Assembly: GCA_963726455.1 (NCBI GenBank)
Contig: CAVSCK010000004.1
Coordinates: 1,792,001-1,856,000, forward strand
DNA from: an uncultured bacterium
GTDB taxonomy: Bacteria > Zixibacteria > MSB-5A5 > CAIYYT01
DNA: 64,000 nt
Reading direction: 5' to 3'
The notes beneath the pieces were generated by a model. It did no database searches. It worked only from the letters and a program-made list of their open reading frames with translations, and was not told where the DNA came from. The translations under genes and the position numbers were made by a program. Shown here one piece after another: positions 50,011-59,205 of the stretch (the first letter of the stretch is position 1; every line of letters starts with the position of its first letter).

Positions 50011-51639
50011 ATGATGAAGCATCACTGGATTTCGCAGGGCAGATTGCTGATACTACTTGCATCGGTTGTGTTGCTGGTATGGGGGAGTCTGATTGCTAAT
50101 CCCAGCCGAACTCTGAAAGTCACCTACGTTTCTACGGAGTATGTCTATGTTGACGGCGGTACGGCCGATGGCTTGACTACTGGAACGCACCTGACGATTG
50201 TCCAGAAAGACTCTGTGCTCGCGGAACTTGAGGTCGCATTTTCGTCGGAGCGTTCGGCGGCCTGCCGCATCATAACGGCAGCGACCGAGATCAAGGCCGG
50301 CATGACCGTCACCTCTCCCGGTGCTCCGGATCAGGACACCACTGCCACGGCGAAGCCGGCGGACACAACTGCAGCCGTTGCCCAACCCGCTCCGGCGCCA
50401 GTCACTGTTCCGCGCGTGACCCCGACGATCACCGGCAGCGTCTCCGTTATCTTCGACCAATCAATTGACAACACCGCCTTCGGCAATAACCTCACGCAAT
50501 CAACCGGACGGCTCAACCTGCGAGGCCGGCACATCGGCGGCCATGACATAAGTTTCTCGATTCAGATGCGGGCGCGTCATGATCAGCGCAGCCGCCCGTT
50601 TCTGAACGACGTCGGTCGGAACGCCTGGGTGAACCGTTTGTATGAATTCTATGTGTCCTATGACGCCAAAGATGCTCCGGTCAATTTCTATGCCGGCCGC
50701 ATTCCAATTAGACGCGTCGGCAGCGTCGGCTTTGTCGACGGACTCCTGGTGGAGAATCGAATCGCGGGATCACTGAGATCCGGATTCTATGGCGGCGCGC
50801 AATCCAAGTGGCAGTACGCCGACCAAACTACGTCACTACAAAAATACGGCACGTACCTCAACTATTCGTCCGGCAGCTACGCCACGAACATGCTCGATCT
50901 CACGCTCGCCTTGTCCGGGGAATACCATTCGGCCACGGCCAGCCGTGAATTGGTATACTCACAGGGCCGATTCAACCGGGGCGACCGGTTCTATATCAGC
51001 GCGATCACCGAAGTAGATGTCAACCGTGGTTGGCGAATGCAGAAAGTTGGCCGCACATTTTCTTTGTCCAGCGTTTATCTGGACTCCCGGTTGAAATTGA
51101 CCAATCGCCTGGCAACCGGTTTGAGCTATGACAGCCGGGAGAATTACTGGACCTACGACATTCGCACTCTGCGCGACAGTCTGTTCGACAGCCATCTGCG
51201 CCAGGGCTTACGCGCCCGGGTCGATTACCGACTGTTCAACGGCTACTTCGCCTCCGCCAATGTCGGAACTAATCGCCGCAACGGCGACCCCGGTCAGAGC
51301 AATTCCTACGGGTTCAGTTTGAGCAAGGGCGCTTTTCTTTTCCGCCGATCAGACGTGAATCTGCAGTATTCGGCTTTCTCGGGCCTGGGACAGAGTGGCG
51401 ACAATTTCTCGGCGCGTCTCGGCAGTTCATTCCTCACGCGAAACTATGTGAGCGTCGGCTATGGATTCTATCGTTTCCGCTGGTCTTCAGCTGTACCGCT
51501 GCGTACGAATACATGGCTGGAATTGTCGACGCGGCTGGAATTTCTCAAGAACTTTTTCCTCTATGGTCTGTTTCAAGAGAATACGGGGGACGACATTAAA
51601 GGACATCGAGTGCAGTTGGAACTCGGTCATTCACTTTAA
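50011..51639 (+). CDS. Putative outer-membrane beta-barrel protein with small N-terminal beta domain and Pro/Ala/Thr linker
   Basis: Signal peptide; alternating amphipathic strands rich in Y/F/G/S; C-terminal strand HRVQLELGHSL; directly follows the giant cytochrome. Confidence 0.7.
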   Translation: MMKHHWISQGRLLILLASVVLLVWGSLIANPSRTLKVTYVSTEYVYVDGGTADGLTTGTHLTIVQKDSVLAELEVAFSSERSAACRIITAATEIKAGMTVTSPGAPDQDTTATAKPADTTAAVAQPAPAPVTVPRVTPTITGSVSVIFDQSIDNTAFGNNLTQSTGRLNLRGRHIGGHDISFSIQMRARHDQRSRPFLNDVGRNAWVNRLYEFYVSYDAKDAPVNFYAGRIPIRRVGSVGFVDGLLVENRIAGSLRSGFYGGAQSKWQYADQTTSLQKYGTYLNYSSGSYATNMLDLTLALSGEYHSATASRELVYSQGRFNRGDRFYISAITEVDVNRGWRMQKVGRTFSLSSVYLDSRLKLTNRLATGLSYDSRENYWTYDIRTLRDSLFDSHLRQGLRARVDYRLFNGYFASANVGTNRRNGDPGQSNSYGFSLSKGAFLFRRSDVNLQYSAFSGLGQSGDNFSARLGSSFLTRNYVSVGYGFYRFRWSSAVPLRTNTWLELSTRLEFLKNFFLYGLFQENTGDDIKGHRVQLELGHSL

Positions 51640-51683
51640 CTGTCTTGTTCGCCGGTTAGCGGTGGACGAAGGATCGAAAAGTA

Positions 51684-53024
51684 ATGGAAAGAATTCTCAT
51701 CTGGGCTGCGGCCGGACTTATGATACTGGCGATTTTCTTGCCCTATTTCGTTCGCTTTCGCCGCGACCACCGCAAGATGCTGCACCAGAAACTGGAAGCT
51801 CAATCGCTGGGAATAGATCGCGCTAAAGCTCAATACCCGATGATTGACGCCAGATACTGCATCGGCTGCGGCTCCTGTGCCGCCGCTTGTCCGGAAGGCG
51901 ATGTCCTGGGCGTCGTGCACGGAACGGCAACAATCATTAACGGGGAAAGATGTATCGGCCACGGCGCTTGCGAGCGAGTCTGCCCGGTGGGCGCTCTTAA
52001 AGTCGGCTTAGGCGATATCTCGAGCCGTCCCGACATTCCGATCCTCTCTGACGACAACGAAACATCCGTCCCAGGAATGTATATCGCGGGAGAACTGAGC
52101 GGCCTTTCTCTGATCCGCAATGCCATCGATCAGGGCAAGAAGGTCGTAGACGCCATCGCCCAGAATCCCAAAAATTCCTCAAAGAACAGGATGTTTGATG
52201 TGATCATCGTGGGCGCCGGTCCGGCGGGGCTGAGTGCCGCCTTAACAGCTATTAAGAACCGTCTCAGCTATCTGGTGATAGATGAATTCGATGTCGGCGG
52301 GACGATTCTTCATTACCCGCATCGCAAACTGGTCATGACTCAGCCGGTGGAAATCCCTCCCTATGGCTGGCTAACCGAAGAAGAATACTCCAAGGAAACT
52401 CTGCTCGGCATCTGGACTGATATCGTTACCCAGTACGGTATCAAGGTCTGCGCCGGTCAGAAGGTCGCCCAGGTGGTCAAGGAAGACGGTGTATTTGAAG
52501 TACGTACGCAAAACGATACGTATACCTCAAGTTACGTGGTGTTGGCTCTGGGTCGCCGCGGTACGCCACGCAAGTTGGAAGTTGCGGGCGAGGAAATGCC
52601 CAAGGTAATGTATAAGCTGATCGATGCCCGCTCCTATACCAACATGGATTTACTGGTTGTGGGTGGTGGCGACAGCGCAATCGAAGCTGCTGTTGGACTC
52701 TCGCGCCAGCCGGGCAACCGCGTAAGTATCTCGTATCGCAAGAGCAGTTTCTTCCGAGTAAAGAAGAAAAACGAACTCGCCATTACTGAGCTGATTCGTA
52801 AGGGAACCGTCACCCCGATATGGGATTCTGCGGTTCAGGAAGTTAAGGCAAAAAGCGTAGCCCTGAAGACCAAGAACGGCCCCATCGAAATTGCGAATGA
52901 CTTTGTCTTCGTGCTCATTGGTGGCATTCCTCCCTTTGATATGCTCAAACAGATGGGTATCAAATTCGGTGGCGAGCCACACGCTGAAAAGACCCCTGTA
53001 AAGGAACTGGTCAAAGCCAGTTGA
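51684..53024 (+). CDS. Membrane-anchored ferredoxin-domain NAD(P)/FAD oxidoreductase (TrxR-like fold)
   Basis: N-terminal TM; CIGCGSCAAACP, CIGHGACERVCP; ETSVPGMYIAGE; DVIIVGAGPAG; VVGGGDSA. Confidence 0.88.
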   Translation: MERILIWAAAGLMILAIFLPYFVRFRRDHRKMLHQKLEAQSLGIDRAKAQYPMIDARYCIGCGSCAAACPEGDVLGVVHGTATIINGERCIGHGACERVCPVGALKVGLGDISSRPDIPILSDDNETSVPGMYIAGELSGLSLIRNAIDQGKKVVDAIAQNPKNSSKNRMFDVIIVGAGPAGLSAALTAIKNRLSYLVIDEFDVGGTILHYPHRKLVMTQPVEIPPYGWLTEEEYSKETLLGIWTDIVTQYGIKVCAGQKVAQVVKEDGVFEVRTQNDTYTSSYVVLALGRRGTPRKLEVAGEEMPKVMYKLIDARSYTNMDLLVVGGGDSAIEAAVGLSRQPGNRVSISYRKSSFFRVKKKNELAITELIRKGTVTPIWDSAVQEVKAKSVALKTKNGPIEIANDFVFVLIGGIPPFDMLKQMGIKFGGEPHAEKTPVKELVKAS

Positions 53025-53232
53025 CTTCCATGTAGGCGAGCCGCCCCTATCCGGCGGTATCCTGCCGCCAGAATCGCTGTCAAGTTCCTTGCTTCGTCTA
53101 TAAATCCTGGGCGCAAGCGCAATCCAGACCAATCGACTCCCGTATTCTATCGCCTTTCCATTGGCGCCAAGGCAAACCGCAGTGCCGAATCGACAATTGG
53201 CCTTTCCAGCACGCCCCCAATCGAATTCCCGC

Positions 53233-53262
53233 TTGACTTTTCATTAAACAACTTGATACCTT
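53233..53262 (+). promoter_or_regulatory. Possible sigma70 promoter of the HYR gene
   Basis: TTGACT-18-TACCTT with extended -10 TG. Confidence 0.4.
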
Positions 53263-53447
53263 CGTCCACAGCTTAAGTACTGCCGTATGGTCTACTTGTT
53301 TGGGCAGGAATTGAAGTAGCAGAAAGGTCCATATTTATCCGTCGCGGTAGCTCCACGCATTCCGGGAGGAATAGCCGGGGCGAATCGCCGATCATCGGAT
53401 ATTGTCGTCGACAAAAACATCAAATCAAATTTTCAGTGGAGGTAAAC

Positions 53448-56400
53448 ATGAAACGAGCGCTAACACTTTCGCTTCTTGTCTGTGTTTGGGCGTTCACGGC
53501 ATCGACGGCATTGGCAGTGTCGCCGCCGGTAGCCCAATGCCAAAATGTAACTGTTGAAGCCGACGCCAACTGCTCTGCTTCAGCGAGCGTTGACAATGGC
53601 TCATATGATCCCGAAGGCGGCGCTCTGACTATCACTCAGGAGCCGGCGGGACCCTATGCTCTCGGTCAAACCTCAGTCAAGCTGGTAGTAGTTGCTGCCA
53701 GCGGCCTTGCTGATACTTGCGAAGCCGTCGTTACCGTGAATGACACCACCCCTCCGACTGTAACCTGCCCGGCTGACATCCTTGTCGGCAACGATCCCGG
53801 AGAATGCGGAGCGAGTGTCAGCTACCAGATTTCAGCAACCGACAATTGTTCGATTTCCAGCCCTCTTGGTAAGCAAGCCGCGTCCTTCTATCCAGTCGGC
53901 ACGACCATAATCACTCCGGTTGTAACCGATGGTTCCGGAAATGAAGGCACCTGTTCATTCAAGGTCACGGTCAAGGATACTGAGCTGCCGAAGGTAATCT
54001 GTCCGGCAAATATCGAGCAGGGCAATGATCCCGGTATGTGCGGCGCTGTTGTCAACTTCAATGCAGAAGCCACCGATAACTGCCCGGGCGTGAAAGTCAC
54101 AACTAATCCTGTTTCCGGTTCGACGTTCCCCCTTGGAGCCACAACTGTTTGGGCCTTCGCCACCGATGCATCTGGCAACAAGGATAGCTGCTCGTTCACG
54201 GTCACAATAAACGACACCCAGAAACCGGCGGTTGCCTGTCCGGCGCCGATTATTGTCGGCAATGATCCGGGTCAATGCGCTGCCATCGTTAACTACGATG
54301 TTACAGCAACCGACAACTGTGACCCGAATCCCATTGTCGTCTTGTCCGTACCTTCCGGATCGCTCTGGCCGGTCGGCACTCATGATGTGACGGCAATTGC
54401 CACCGATGCCGCCGGGAATGCTGACACCTGCCACTTTACGGTTCAGGTCAACGACACCGAGAAACCGCACGTCACGTGCCCTCCTGATATGCCCACGCAT
54501 AATGATCCCGGTCAGTGTGGCGCGTTTGTCACTTTCGATGTTACCGGCCTTGATAACTGTGCATTTGACAATCAGAATATCGTCGTGACGCCGCCGTCGG
54601 GATCATTCTTCCCGATCGGTCCGACGCAGGTGACGGCTATCGGCACCGACCTTGCAGGTAACGCCGACACTTGCAGCTTCATGGTCACAGTCAGTGACAC
54701 CACCAAACCCCATATTGATCATATCACTGATATCGTGAAAAACAACGATCCGGGACAATGCGGCGCTGTCGTTTCTTTCGACCATAACGCCATCGACAAT
54801 TGCCCAGTCGGACTGGTCGTGGTCGCCACACCTCAATCGGGATCCTTCTTCGCTGTTGGGCCAAGTCAGGTGATTATCACCGCGACCGACGCATCCGGCA
54901 ACGCCGACACCATATACTTCAATGTTACAGTCAACGATGTTGAAAAGCCCGTGGTTACCTGCCCGGCAAACATCGTCGTCGAAGTGGGCGCGAACGACAC
55001 CGGTTCAGTCGTCAATTTTGACGTCCCGGCAACGGACAACTGTCCCGGCCTGCAGGTGATAACGACTCCATTGTCGGGTTCGTTCTTCCGACTCGGTGTG
55101 ACTCCGGTGAAGACGTACGCCATTGACGCACATGCGTTGGTAGACTCGTGCGAATTCCTCGTTGAAGTGAAGAAGGCGCTCAATCCCGGATTACGCGATT
55201 GACGCCCATCCTGACACGCTGTTTGCTACCGAAGGAATTTCGGATTCGATCCTGTATTTCATCGATTTGACTTCGATTGATGGTTTCAGTTTCCCGGTCG
55301 ATTTGTTCTTCTCGGGTGCGCCGACGGGAGTGGTGCTCAATCTGGGAACGGCGTCGTTGACGCCTCCGGGAGCGACGACACTGGGCGGACATACGGGTGT
55401 GAATACTCCGGCGGGTACATACGAGATCACGATATCCGCAGTGTGGCCGGCGAAGGCGGGGCAACATGATACCAAGGTTTACCTTGTTGTGAATCCATGC
55501 ACGGAGACACCGATCCCGACCGTGAGTCAGGAGGTTTTCGATGTCCAGGTGACTGAAGGACAGAATCTTCCCGATGATTCCGTTTGGATCACCAACAGCG
55601 CACTCTGCGGAACACTGTCCTGGCAAGCATCATCGGATGCCGGGTGGCTCGCGCCTGATCCGATCAATGGCCAAGTGGTTGCAGGTAATACTCCGGGCTC
55701 GAAGATGATGTTGAAGTACAACACCTCCACATTATCGCCGGCGATCTACGTTGCCCACGTGACTGTTATCGCCGACAAGAAGACGCCGGGCGCCGTCGTT
55801 ACGGTAACTTTGCACGTAAGTCCGCTGCCGCCAACGGCCTGTGTGTCAGGCACAATCCAGGATACGAATCACAATACAATCGCGGGCGCCACTGTCGAAC
55901 TCTATCTTTCCTATCCTTTCATAGATTTCCCGATCGAAGCAACGACTTCCGCCTCCGACGGTTCGTACGAGTTGTGCTTGCCTCCGGAGAAACCGGCCGC
56001 CTTTTATGTGCGGGCTCACAAACCCGGTTACTATCCTGCCTACACCGGGACCGGCCTTCCCGCCACTGACGTAATACTGACACTGCTTCCCAACGGTGGC
56101 ACCGTCAGACCGACGTACCAGTGGGTAGATCTCTTCTGTAAGTTCAACGCACTATTCGACGGTGTTCCGGTGCCTCCCGGCAGTGTCATTGAGGCCTTCG
56201 ATCCACAGGGCGTCTTGTGCGGCCAGTGGAACGTGACTCAGCATGGCACTTTCGGATTTATGCCGGTCTATCGCGATGATCAGTATACTCCGGCTATCGA
56301 CGAGGGCTGTGACCCCGGCGACCTGATCAGGGTAAAGGTAGACGGACATCTGGTTGCTTCTGTCGCTGACCCCATTCACTGGGGCGAAAATGGTGACCGT

Positions 56401-57604
56401 TACGAATACTGTTTCGACACGCCTCCGCCCATTCCGACCTGTATCGTGCTCAAGCAGGGCTGGAATCTGGTTTCCTGGAATCTCGACACACCGAATGATA
56501 GTATCATGATCCTGGCCAAGGACGTGATGAACAACGTCGACGTCATCCTTGGTTTTGAGCAGGGTGGCTTGACCTATGATCCGATGCTGCCGCAATTCTC
56601 TAGTCTGCTTTACGTCGACCATCTTCATGGTTTCTGGTTCCGCATGAATGCCGAGGATACCCTGTGCGTTGACGGCCCGATGGTGGCCGCGTCCACACCG
56701 ATTAACCTCGAAAAGAACTGGAATCTGGTCAGCTATCTTCCGACCGTTCCCTACTGCGGTTCCGGTCGCGTTGAATTCCATCTGGAACAAGGTCATTGTC
56801 GTGCTTGGCTACGATCAAGCGGCACAGACCTACGATCCGGCATTTCCGCAGTTGGCTACTTTGCTGGAAATGAACAGGTGGTTCGGTTATTGGATCAAGA
56901 CCACCGACGCGGCGACATTGATCTATCCCGAACCGGGCCCGACCTTCGCTAAGACCGTCAGCGACATTTCTGGCACCGGCATTAACAGCCGCGTGGCGAT
57001 CTCAAATAGCTGGGTCAATCTCTACGGTTCGGGCGCCACGCTGAACGGTGACATCCTCCCGGTCGGAGCCGTGATCGAGGCCTTCGACGCCACCGGTACG
57101 CTGGTTGGCGAGACTGTGGTTCGCTCTGCCGGTAAGTTCGGCTTCATGCCGGTCTATGGCGCCGAAACAGTGAACGGTGATGTTGTTGGCAAATCCGCTG
57201 GCAGCACCATCACGCTGAAGGTCAACGGCGAAGCGGCACAGGAAACAGTCACCTGGTCGCAAAACGGTGATCGCATTCGCATCGACAGGTTGACCACGTC
57301 GTCCAAGAATGCGAGCAGTCTGCCGACTACTTTCACGTTGAATCAGAACTATCCGAATCCGTTCAACCCTGAGACCACCATCGACTACTACGTCGCCCAG
57401 GGCAGCCACGTGGAGTTGGCAATCTACAACCTTCTCGGTGACAAGATCAAGACCCTGGTCAGCGGTTACCAAGCGGCAGGCAACTATTCAATCAAGTGGC
57501 GTGCCGATTCCGACGATGGTTCGCTGGTTGCTTCGGGCGTGTACTTCTACAAGTTGACGGCCGGTGATTATACCGATTCGAAGAAAATGACCTTGATGAA
57601 GTAG
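53448..57604 (+). CDS. Large secreted HYR-repeat protein with FlgD-Ig/T9SS-like C-terminal domain; two frameshifts (~55188, ~56750)
   Basis: GGAGG RBS, signal peptide, 6 HYR-like D..P...CP repeats, GWNLVS motifs, QNYPNPFNPET...GVYFYKL tail. Removing one C from each CCC run joins the three ORFs. Confidence 0.85.
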
Positions 57605-57623
57605 AAACTCTGATTCTGCTAGA

Positions 57624-57658
57624 GAAAAGGCCGGCAGTTCGTAACCGTCGGCCTTTTC
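57624..57658. terminator. Bidirectional intrinsic terminator
   Basis: GAAAAGGCCGGC...GTCGGCCTTTTC between convergent genes. Confidence 0.8.
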
Positions 57659-57682
57659 ATTTCGAAGAGCAAACGTAGTGTG

Positions 57683-58388
57683 CTACGGATAACACGGCCC
57701 GCAGGGTGCCGGACCGCCTGAGAAAATATAGGCGATCAGGTACACACAGTCGCTGATGTCGGTGAAATCATCGCAGTTCACGTCACCGGATAGGGGTGCC
57801 GGAATCGGTGCGGGTCCTTCGCTGAAGATCCATTGGATGATGTACACCACATCGGAGATATCAATCGCATCATCCGCGTTGACATCACCTTTGAACTGGC
57901 AGACTCTTGCCCATCCATCCTGCCGGTCATAGATCAGAACGTTGTTGTTCTCGTCGCGCGCCCGGATCGGCGCCACGAGAATTTGGCTTTCTCCCAAAGC
58001 CACCGGACGAAACCTGATGGTCGCTAAGACTCCCGCCGCCGGATACACTATGGCCGTCGCCGAGCACGGCGCCGTCAATGTACAGCATTCCCGAATCGGG
58101 CGAGAAACTCGTCCAGAAGAATGTCGGCAGTCCGGCGGTCGCCAACAGTGGTCCCTCTGTGATTCGCGACGTATCGGTACGAATCACCGTCGGATCGAAA
58201 CTCACCACCAGCGAAAACGCCTTGAGATGCGTCGAATTAGGACTGACCTCAAGCGTCACGACGACGGAGCTGTCGAATTTGATGCAGGTCGAGTCAGGGG
58301 TGACCGAGATAGTCGGATTTGCAGCCCACGAACTGCCACCGCCAAGGATCAAGAGTGAGACCAGAGCTATGGCAAAGTATCTTATCAC
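57683..58388 (-). CDS. Secreted cohesin-like plus dockerin protein; frameshift near 58033
   Basis: Signal peptide; LKAFSLVVSFDP...SVSGGG(V)LATIRF; duplicated GDVNADDAIDISDVVY / GDVNCDDFTDISDCVY. Removing one G joins the two ORFs. Confidence 0.8.
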
Positions 58389-58403
58389 ACGACTCCTTTC
58401 TAC

Positions 58404-59147
58404 TCAAAGGCAGGGGTTGCAGGGTGACGGCCCGCCTCCAAAAATGTAACTGATCAGGTAAACAGCATCGGAGATGTCAATATTGCCGGTACAATCGGCA
58501 TCGCCCGCCAACACGATGGGAAAGGGCGCCGGTCCGCCCCCGAAAATATACTGGATCAGATAAACCACATCCGAAATGTCAATGCCGCCGCTAAAATCGG
58601 CGTCGCCAAAGGTGTAATTCGTCGGACAGACTATGACCAGACCGCTGAGCGAGTCCGTCAGCGCCATCTTGCCGTCGTACCGGTCGCGCATTTCGACGTA
58701 GCGAAAGACCACGGGTGACGCACCGTGCCCCATCGCAACGAACTTCATCCTGACCAGACGACCCGGACCGTTAACGTAGGTCTGATACCCGTATATCGAT
58801 CCCAGCATCTCGAAAGCATATCTTTCGCCGATAACGGGAAAGGTCCGAACCGTATCCTTCCAGAAAAAGAAGGCGCCGCTCGGGCCGGTAAAGAAACTCT
58901 CCCGATTGGCGCTGATCATCTTGATGACGTTGGTATCTACCTCAACGTCGACCAGGAATGACTTGACAAACTTCACGGTATCGATGGCAACGAACAAATC
59001 GAATGTGTCATTAAGCTGAACGATCTTTACTTCGGGGGAAATTAATACATGACCCGTGCTGTCTTGTCCCCATGCCGGAAGCGCAGCGCTTAGTGATAAC
59101 ATCACGAGACATATCACCAGCACCTGCGCAACATATTTGATTTTCAT
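58404..59147 (-). CDS. Secreted cohesin-like plus dockerin protein
   Basis: Signal peptide; DTFDLFVAID..VKSFLVDVEVD...GPGRLVRMKF; GDADFSGGIDISDVVYLI / GDADCTGNIDISDAVYLI. Confidence 0.82.
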   Translation of the reverse strand: MKIKYVAQVLVICLVMLSLSAALPAWGQDSTGHVLISPEVKIVQLNDTFDLFVAIDTVKFVKSFLVDVEVDTNVIKMISANRESFFTGPSGAFFFWKDTVRTFPVIGERYAFEMLGSIYGYQTYVNGPGRLVRMKFVAMGHGASPVVFRYVEMRDRYDGKMALTDSLSGLVIVCPTNYTFGDADFSGGIDISDVVYLIQYIFGGGPAPFPIVLAGDADCTGNIDISDAVYLISYIFGGGPSPCNPCL

Positions 59148-59161
59148 TGGGTCATTTCCTT

Positions 59162-59198
59162 GGGAATCCGGAAGGGCATTACCCCTCCCGGATCCCCC
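59162..59198 (-). other. Intergenic GC-rich hairpin within the operon (processing or attenuation element)
   Basis: Minus strand GGGGATCCGGGAGGGG-TAATG-CCCTTCCGGATTCCC. Confidence 0.5.
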
Positions 59199-59205
59199 GC
59201 AAAAA

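Noticed and set aside
53032-53068. REP-like GTAG palindrome after the oxidoreductase
   Set aside because: Single imperfect copy; more simply a weak terminator hairpin
53165-53200. c-di-GMP-I riboswitch suggested by GGCAAACC
   Set aside because: Lacks the following GNRA-capped stem and downstream conserved elements
55200-55202. TGA as selenocysteine readthrough (selD is in the window)
   Set aside because: The protein continues in a different frame, so this is a frameshift and not an in-frame UGA. The same applies to the TGA stops at 8452, 45598 and 45984.
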